Shown here: positions 15,601 to 21,272 of the stretch, piece after piece
Numbering within the stretch: position 1 is the first letter of the stretch
Layout: each line of letters opens with the position of its first letter
NCBI GenBank assembly: GCA_964636545.1
Contig: CAZWSR010000005.1
Span: forward strand, 36,715 to 57,986
DNA from: Candidatus Undinarchaeota archaeon
Lineage (GTDB): Archaea; Undinarchaeota; Undinarchaeia; Undinarchaeales; UBA543
Length of the DNA stretch: 21,272 nucleotides
Direction: 5' to 3'
Translations under genes and position numbers: made by a program
The notes under the pieces: model-generated
Told to the model about the DNA's origin: nothing
Database searches by the model: none
Seen by the model: only the letters and a program-made list of their open reading frames with translations

Positions 15601-16996
15601 AGGTAGTGAAAGTGCTAAGGTAAATGTAACAACCAAATCACCAGTTGTAGTTACACTCTCATTGCCAGGAGATGGGCAGTCAGCAAGTGCAGAAGCATCA
15701 CAAAATTTCATATGTGATATAGCAGACACACAAGCAGCAACAAACTTGACACTTTACATTTGGAAGGAAGATGGTTCACTACTATACTCAGACCTAAACG
15801 ACGGATTGTCTGGACCAGATGCAGAAACAAACTGGGATTACACACTGCCATCTTCAGAAACAACACTTACTTGGAACTGTAAAGGATGGGCAGGATCAGA
15901 GTATATGACAGATTATGTTTGGGCAGCTGCAGGAAATAGAACATTATATGTTTATGAAGACGCAGGAACAACAGATGACAGTGCTGCAGACAGTGCTTGG
16001 GGAGGATATTGGGGAGGCGGAACTGTTGCAACTTATACTTATGAAGATATTGAGACAATGTGGGATGAGTATTCAACATTGTATGGAGATGAAGAAACAG
16101 CAGGACTTGCAGGAACAGAGGGCCTTCAATATTCACCACCAATTTCATTCTATGGTCGTTCAAATACAAAAATTGAAGTTACAATAGATGTTCCAGTTGG
16201 TATAGAACTGCCACCAGGATATGTTCCACCACCAGGAGCACCACCTGGATATATTCCACCAGAATATCAAGCAGGATATGGAATTGAAACATATTGGGAA
16301 CTTCCAGATGAATATGCAATACCAGAGGAATATGGATTACCAGAAACTTGGGTACCTGGAGAGAACTTGCCAGATGGATTTGTAATGCCAACTGACTTCG
16401 TATTGCCACCAGGATATATGCTTCCACCAGATTGGACAATGGGAACTCCATTGCCAGAAGGATATGCATTACCAACAGAGGTTGTAGACGTGAAAACAGG
16501 TAGTGTTGGAGATTCATTAAGACAAGAGAAACACACAATAACAATAATGAAAGTCTCAGAACAAAATATACGCCTTGGAATTAGAAGTGACTATTGGGAA
16601 CTGATAATTGAGAAAGACGAGACAGTAGATGCTGATTTGAACCAAGATGGAGATCCTGATTTAGCAATTACTTATGATGGAATGAAAGCAGATATGGCAA
16701 AACTTACTTTCAAGAAGATTCTCAAAGGAGGAAAAGAGGAAGAAGCTGCAGAAGATGAAGAATTTGTTAAGCCATTGTTTGAAGCATATGGAGAAAACGA
16801 GATTGCACAAATGCTGAAAGAAGGCGAAGATCAAATGGAGAAGAAAGAGAAAAAGAGCTTTGTGAAAACTAAGAAATTCAAGATTGTAATAAGTGTGTTT
16901 GTGCTAGGATTTATTGCAGTGGTTCAAGTAATAATATTCGTGAATAGAAGAAAGAGAGGTGGTGGCGGGGGCGGTGGTCCTCCAGCAGGAGTATAA
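12644..16996 (+). CDS. Large cell-surface glycoprotein/adhesin: basic N-terminal module, TM, NosD/CASH beta-helix, PQQ-like beta-propeller, Ig-like domains, Pro-rich repeats, C-terminal TM
   Basis: Likely GTG start at 12644 (MVYKKY) after GGGGT. Contains I.NN.I..N..GI beta-helix repeats, about 8 SP.I.DG.VY.GS propeller blades, many N-x-S/T sequons, and a C-terminal TM followed by RRKR. Confidence 0.9.
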   Translation: MVYKKYRYYKGKKLGPYYYESVRQPDGTVKSVYLGKKAPKGAKIARENIFKFQKPEFFNRIQPRYFIVLLIAFVLIGGFLFLTGSGGPLATGYATLPDGPGGCSNLTVLNETNISTSITLCAGTYYMNDTYNDGVVVENNGTLVIDTDSIELDCNGAIIRGDGQGYGIFMENRTGVTIRNCVLQGYNKAINVYNTNDSHIVDNEVDGSAVAGLLNGIYVRTSTDLNISNNSVHDTIDAGITMVGLLGGMKPNSDNIFYNNSLYDSIVGDGLDLTVNENSTIYENLIYSNGGTGIDVTSGGYNHSIYNNTIYENVVYGIEVAGSNTTVFWNNISDNIDSGIVVIDDNNTIHNNTITGNDEGIYVSSANFLEIYNNTVNLSTAENIYLSSALNSNVSNNTALNGTYGIRVDGTSLNNNIMSNNASGNSIKGISIEAGLTLIYDNYMSENLVNVYDGAAGNNWTKENTTGTNIIGGSIIAGNYYDNYSGKDTDGDYIGDSAYVVEGQGGTDTYPLWYPSPVITTTLVYPSAEMNVTYYTWFNVTVNVSCTQNNCGNIDVTLDPIGDTSNSDVDEWTMRGRFLNRTSYTISDAPSNISKIVKSYTTGDDVYSSPVIYDGFVYFGSDDFKVYKVNITDMSLNDSYTTGNYARSTPAIAEGYLYVGSNDQKIYKLNATDMNLNSSYNTTAKIWASAPAVVNGSVYVASNNKKIYQINATDMTYMAKFTLDGPFLGRPTDPALENGYLYVGSANYKMYQLNATDMLEVNNFSTNNSSRFTSDVVLANGFIYFGSHDGHVFQLNATDMIEENNYTVAGGDFSDSIAYANGYIYAIGGVSASEQIYQLNSTDMTLVNNYSLSSVSTLSVGGGYLYIGIDGVTAIVQLNATDLTYITNYTTNGGTETSPAIADGNVYIGTQADAAGKMYQFGSVKGTVSTTPGAIPFWTNKSTNPVTVNLAEGASENVTFWVNATGEYYAMHEFFVYTNQTADSTIGSESAKVNVTTKSPVVVTLSLPGDGQSASAEASQNFICDIADTQAATNLTLYIWKEDGSLLYSDLNDGLSGPDAETNWDYTLPSSETTLTWNCKGWAGSEYMTDYVWAAAGNRTLYVYEDAGTTDDSAADSAWGGYWGGGTVATYTYEDIETMWDEYSTLYGDEETAGLAGTEGLQYSPPISFYGRSNTKIEVTIDVPVGIELPPGYVPPPGAPPGYIPPEYQAGYGIETYWELPDEYAIPEEYGLPETWVPGENLPDGFVMPTDFVLPPGYMLPPDWTMGTPLPEGYALPTEVVDVKTGSVGDSLRQEKHTITIMKVSEQNIRLGIRSDYWELIIEKDETVDADLNQDGDPDLAITYDGMKADMAKLTFKKILKGGKEEEAAEDEEFVKPLFEAYGENEIAQMLKEGEDQMEKKEKKSFVKTKKFKIVISVFVLGFIAVVQVIIFVNRRKRGGGGGGGPPAGV

Positions 16997-16998
16997 AA

Positions 16999-17601
16999 AT
17001 GAAAAAAACTGAAAAACTTTTGAAACTAGGCGCAGAAGCCAAGCTGACTGTTAATGGGAAAGTTCTCACAAAACACAGGATTAAAAAAAATTATCGACTA
17101 GATGAGATTGATGAGCCTTTGAGAAAGCAAAGAACAGTTCGTGAAGCGAATTTGATGGATCGTGCAAAGCGCGCTAAAGTAAATGTTCCACGTATTTTGA
17201 AACTTGACAAAAAAGAATCACTTATTGAAATGGATTTGATTGATGGAAAACGAATTGATTTGTGTTTAACTGAGGGCAATGTTGAAAAAACTGGTGAAGG
17301 AATTGGTAGGTTGCATGAAGCTAGTATTATTCATGGAGATTTAACAACGTCTAATATCTTGATTAAACAAAATAAGCCATATTTTATTGATTTTGGGCTT
17401 GGCGAAGTTTCTGACTCAGTTGAGAAGCGTGGAGTGGATATTCGCGTGTTCAAAGAGAGCATAAATGCCACAAAACCAGAGCAACTGAGTGTGCTGATGA
17501 AAGCATTTTGGAAAGGATACAAACGCGAATGTAGAGACTCGGAAAAGGTTATTAATAGGTTAAAAGACATAGAAAAGAGAGGCCGGTATAAGAAAAGGTG
17601 A
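16999..17601 (+). CDS. bud32: KEOPS complex kinase Bud32
   Basis: GAEA, K.RI.KNYR...D..LR..RT.REA, HGDLTTSN, IDFGL and the C-terminal RGRY. Confidence 0.95.
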   Translation: MKKTEKLLKLGAEAKLTVNGKVLTKHRIKKNYRLDEIDEPLRKQRTVREANLMDRAKRAKVNVPRILKLDKKESLIEMDLIDGKRIDLCLTEGNVEKTGEGIGRLHEASIIHGDLTTSNILIKQNKPYFIDFGLGEVSDSVEKRGVDIRVFKESINATKPEQLSVLMKAFWKGYKRECRDSEKVINRLKDIEKRGRYKKR

Positions 17602-20600
17602 AAAACAGAAAAGCCACAATTAATTGGATACCAATTGTTGTAATCATAGTTATAATTGCTGCTATTGTTTTTGGAATTAACTGGGCGTGCGATAGCTGTA
17701 TAATAGGAGCTGTGAGTGCTGGGGGTGGCGGAGGTAGTTCTGCTGCAAGCTCAAGTGGTGGTGATTCTTCAGGAAGTGGTGGAATAATGGGTATCGGAAT
17801 TGGTGGAATACTGCTGATTGGAGTTGGAATTTGGTTCTTTAAGTTTAGGAAGAAAAAGTTGAAAACAGATAAAGAACCTGAAAAAGAGCCAGAAGTAATT
17901 AAAGCACCGAAGAAGGAAAGAGCAAAAAAGAAAGGAAGACGACCTGCTACTTCAAGAAGATCTACAGCCCCTAGAAAGTCATCAAAATCTCTAGAATCAT
18001 TATTTAGAGCAAAACCTGAAGAACTAACATACCTTGACCAAAACCCCAAACCTCCACGATCACTATCAACATCTGAACCTCCACAAAGATATAGGAGGTC
18101 GCAACCACCATATGTAAGTGATGAAGTTTGGGAATTAACAGAAAGCATAGAGGACGATATAGATAGAGCAAATAGATTATATCTTGATGACAAACTAGAC
18201 GAGGCAAAAAAAATCCACGAAAAAATCACTAAGAAAGAAGAAGAACTAGACAAGATGGATATAAACGACAGTAATTCTTTGCATATTACAGGAGTGAAAA
18301 TGGAAATACGAAGTCTTGAAGTTTTATTAGAAATAATTAGTCTAGAAGAGTATGAAAAAATCCTATTAGAAATGAAAGAGAATTCTGAAATATTAGATGA
18401 AGCAACTGGAATAGGTTTTGAAATTGCAACAGATTCTCCAAAAAAAGGTGGAAAAGTAGAAGAAATTGATAATGAAACTGCTGGAAAAATTAAAATAATC
18501 TGTGAGGAAATGGAAAAAGCACAGGAAACTGCAGTGGACTATAGGAAAGATGGAAAATACAAAAAAGAACGAAAGTGTTTGAAAAAATATCTAGAAAATA
18601 TAAAGAAATTAAAAAAAGCATATAATTCACTCGGTGATGATCAGAGAAGGAGTGAACTAGCAAGAGGGATAAGAAAGCTAGTTGGTTCAAAAGGAGATAT
18701 GCAAGAACAAGCTAATATAGCAAAATTCAAGATATATGCTCTTAGATTGGCAAATGCAATGAGGAATAAAATACTGAAAGGCCATGATAACGATGACAAA
18801 CAACTACAGGAAAGTGGAATAACAGAATTTAGAGGATGCATAGAAAAGATGAAGGAAGCTGGAAAGAAGAATAAATTCAAAACAGAAAAGGGAAAAGAAT
18901 ACATAGAAATTATGGTGTTGAAAGCAGAAGATGATCTTAGTGAAGCAATACAATATTTAAATGAAAATAAAAAAAATGAAGGAGATGAAAAGGAAAAACT
19001 AATAGAACAAATAAAAAATTTGAAACCAGGAGATGTTATTGTAACAAAAAGTGGGACAAGAAGAACTGTTTTAAAAATTGATGAAAATGACCCAAATCTT
19101 TTACATGTAAAAACAAGATTGAAAAATGGAAAGAAAAAAGAAAAAGATGAAATAACAACAACCAAACAATGGTTAATTGATGGAGTAAATGCTTTAGAAA
19201 AGGTAATAGAAAAAAAAAATTCTAAGTACAAACCAGTAAATACTCCAGACAAATTCCACAAAGTAGAAAGTTATGGAAACAAATTGCCGGGCATGATATC
19301 AATGCAGATGATTAATAAAGACCCAGATAAAATATTTAACCTAAGTCAAAATTTTAAGTTAACAAAAAGCTTACTAGAACTTGCAGAAAAAGTATTAGAA
19401 AAAGAAGATGCACTAATAGAACTTAGAGATAAGGGAAAGGCAGTTTTCATTGGAGACACTCATGGAGACTTTCAAGCATCAAAACGAGTTTATGAAAAAT
19501 ATTTAAAGAATCCAACGAACAGCTATGATTATCTTGTTTTCATGGGAGATTACATAGACAGAGGGAAACACTCAGTTGAAAACATAAACTTCCTGCTTTA
19601 CTTGAAATGTATGTATCCAAAAAAAGTTATTCTTTTAAGAGGAAATCATGAGCTGCGTGATGGAAGATATGATTGTATACCATATGATTTCTTGAAAGAT
19701 TTAAAGAGCAGATATGGGGAAGAAGAAGGACATTCAAAAATGCTTGAAAATAGATATTTCAAAGTTTTCCAGCAGCTCCCAACAATGCTTACAACTGAAA
19801 AAGGAATAATTGCAGTGCATGGAGCAATCCCCTCAATAGACAGGAAACCAAAAATAAACAAGAGGGCAGATCTTAGAAAAATAACAAAGAAGAGTGCAAG
19901 AGTAATAACAATGTTGGCTGGAGTACAAAAAGCAAGTGAAGCTGATAAAGGAACATATCCAGCAGGAAAAGAAGATGAAGGTTTTGAAACAGACAAAAAA
20001 GGTAAAAAAACAGGAAGAACAGTAGGATTTACTCTAGGAACATTGAACGCTTTCTTTAATGCCACAGGATTGAAAATGTTACTGAGGGGGCACGAGGCAG
20101 ATAACAAAGACGAATTATATAATGATAAAGTTAAGACAATATTTACTTCAGAATATTATGAAAGAAATTATAACATGAGACGTGAAGTTGCACTAGTTAA
20201 CCTTGTAAATAAACCAGAGGACGTACACATACTTCCTCTAACGAAATTAAAAAAAAAAGTAAAACAGGATAAAACACCTGAGAATTCTCCAGAAGAAACA
20301 GCAAAACAAAAATTATTATTTGAAGAATCAGCAAAAAAAATCGCAGGGGACTTATACCAACCAGATCACCCTCAAAGATATCCTAAACATTGGTTTTATT
20401 CAAAAGACACTCCAAAAGAACAAATATCAACTTGCTGGAAATTCCACATCTACATGGACCCAGATACAATGACAGATTATGCCTATTTTAAAGCTTCCAG
20501 AAAGATACTGGAATACATTAGTAATAGTGATGAATTACACTCAAAACATGCCTATGATTTAGAAAACGTTAAAAAACTTGAAACAACTTATATTGCGCGG

Positions 20601-21101
20601 GGCAAAGAACCAATTCAAAAAGGAAAAGCTATTGTTATTTACTTAAGACAGAAGTATCTAGATAATTCAGATTATCATAAAGTTCGCAAACTGGCCATTG
20701 AAACTGCAAAAGATATAGACAAAATACTTTACAATATTTTTAAAACAGTAAAAGGCGCAAAAATAAGCGGGGATGCAAAAGCTCCATACGAATGGAACAA
20801 ATCAGGATTAATATTCTACAGATTTGAAGGAAATAAACCAGGACCTGGAACATATGAGCAATGTGGTGGAATACGAGATAATGTGAAAGGAGGAAAGCAT
20901 AATGTACTAGGAAATCCAGATATCTTCACAAGTGATGCAGAATACAACAAGATGAAGTTTAGGGAAGAAGAATGCACATCAAGAGAGGGAAAATACTCAG
21001 TATGGGAAGGAAACAATAAAGAAAAAGAAGGAGGTTTCTGGTGTCCAATAGGCGGACATCCGAGTGGGGTACATGACATACTAAGAAAAAAACCTAAATG
21101 A
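17598..21101 (+). CDS. Membrane-anchored multidomain protein: PPP-family Ser/Thr phosphatase plus a putative phosphothreonine-lyase-like domain
   Basis: Two N-terminal hydrophobic helices, a helical region and a KOW/SH3-like segment. PPP motifs GDTHG, GDYIDRG, RGNHE, HG, RGHE and TIFTS (about 19430-20200), then WKFHIY, K, GKAIVIY, SGD and GLIFYR (about 20436-20825). GTGA overlap with bud32. Confidence 0.85.
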   Translation: MKNRKATINWIPIVVIIVIIAAIVFGINWACDSCIIGAVSAGGGGGSSAASSSGGDSSGSGGIMGIGIGGILLIGVGIWFFKFRKKKLKTDKEPEKEPEVIKAPKKERAKKKGRRPATSRRSTAPRKSSKSLESLFRAKPEELTYLDQNPKPPRSLSTSEPPQRYRRSQPPYVSDEVWELTESIEDDIDRANRLYLDDKLDEAKKIHEKITKKEEELDKMDINDSNSLHITGVKMEIRSLEVLLEIISLEEYEKILLEMKENSEILDEATGIGFEIATDSPKKGGKVEEIDNETAGKIKIICEEMEKAQETAVDYRKDGKYKKERKCLKKYLENIKKLKKAYNSLGDDQRRSELARGIRKLVGSKGDMQEQANIAKFKIYALRLANAMRNKILKGHDNDDKQLQESGITEFRGCIEKMKEAGKKNKFKTEKGKEYIEIMVLKAEDDLSEAIQYLNENKKNEGDEKEKLIEQIKNLKPGDVIVTKSGTRRTVLKIDENDPNLLHVKTRLKNGKKKEKDEITTTKQWLIDGVNALEKVIEKKNSKYKPVNTPDKFHKVESYGNKLPGMISMQMINKDPDKIFNLSQNFKLTKSLLELAEKVLEKEDALIELRDKGKAVFIGDTHGDFQASKRVYEKYLKNPTNSYDYLVFMGDYIDRGKHSVENINFLLYLKCMYPKKVILLRGNHELRDGRYDCIPYDFLKDLKSRYGEEEGHSKMLENRYFKVFQQLPTMLTTEKGIIAVHGAIPSIDRKPKINKRADLRKITKKSARVITMLAGVQKASEADKGTYPAGKEDEGFETDKKGKKTGRTVGFTLGTLNAFFNATGLKMLLRGHEADNKDELYNDKVKTIFTSEYYERNYNMRREVALVNLVNKPEDVHILPLTKLKKKVKQDKTPENSPEETAKQKLLFEESAKKIAGDLYQPDHPQRYPKHWFYSKDTPKEQISTCWKFHIYMDPDTMTDYAYFKASRKILEYISNSDELHSKHAYDLENVKKLETTYIARGKEPIQKGKAIVIYLRQKYLDNSDYHKVRKLAIETAKDIDKILYNIFKTVKGAKISGDAKAPYEWNKSGLIFYRFEGNKPGPGTYEQCGGIRDNVKGGKHNVLGNPDIFTSDAEYNKMKFREEECTSREGKYSVWEGNNKEKEGGFWCPIGGHPSGVHDILRKKPK

Positions 21102-21272
21102 AACTCACAAACCAATCACAAAACGATTTCTTCGGCAGATTTGAGGAAAATGAAGAACTAATTGAAGCATTAACTAAATTTTTAGAAGAAAATAAGATTC
21201 AATCAGGAGTTTTCAATATAATTGGAAGTGTGAAAGCTAGTAAAATTGCATTTTATGACAGACAGCAGAAAA
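21098..21272 (+). CDS. PPC/DUF296-domain protein (partial; runs off the right edge; not in the ORF track)
   Basis: Manual translation MKLTNQSQNDFFGRFEENEELIEALTKFLEENKIQSGVFNIIGSVKASKIAFYD matches the DUF296 N-terminal pattern. ATGA overlap with the upstream gene. Confidence 0.8.
   Translation, partial: MKLTNQSQNDFFGRFEENEELIEALTKFLEENKIQSGVFNIIGSVKASKIAFYDRQQK

Noticed and set aside
16999-21101. Split class III/IV lanthipeptide synthetase (Bud32 kinase plus lyase)
   Set aside because: The kinase has all the Bud32/KEOPS hallmarks, and no cyclase, precursor peptide or transporter is in the window.
17552-21115. Long antisense ORFs (17552..18253, 18641..19261, 19646..20107, 20816..21115) and similar shadows elsewhere such as 408..803, 2112..2495 and 5531..5950
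   Set aside because: Their Ser/Phe/Leu-rich composition is typical of the reverse complement of Lys/Glu-rich genes, and they overlap well-supported CDSs.
1-21272. Prophage, IS element or diversity-generating retroelement
   Set aside because: No integrase, transposase, reverse transcriptase or capsid gene, and no TR/VR repeat pair was seen by eye.

Overview
AT-rich archaeal chromosomal window, most consistent with a DPANN lineage (Woese-/Pacearchaeota-like). This rests on archaeal alaS, rpl1, rpl10 and bud32, TATA boxes about 22-30 nt upstream of start codons, and a large surface protein starting MVYKKY..GPYYY..YLG. Housekeeping genes (alaS, corA, rpl1, rpl10, an ACT protein, an AlkD-like protein, bud32, DUF296) are interspersed with orphan-like enzymes that appear to modify proteins: a TIKI/TraB/ChaN-fold protein, a putative ADP-ribosyltransferase next to an atypical HerA ATPase, a transglutaminase-like protein, and a membrane-tethered fusion of a PPP phosphatase with a phosphothreonine-lyase-like domain that overlaps bud32. 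The non-coding signals are one family of 7-bp repeats found both between genes and inside the uL1 and uL10 C-terminal tails, two candidate structured RNAs, and a duplicated ATGAC-N4-GTCAT palindrome upstream of the surface-protein promoter. All family calls come from motifs read by eye; no searches were run.
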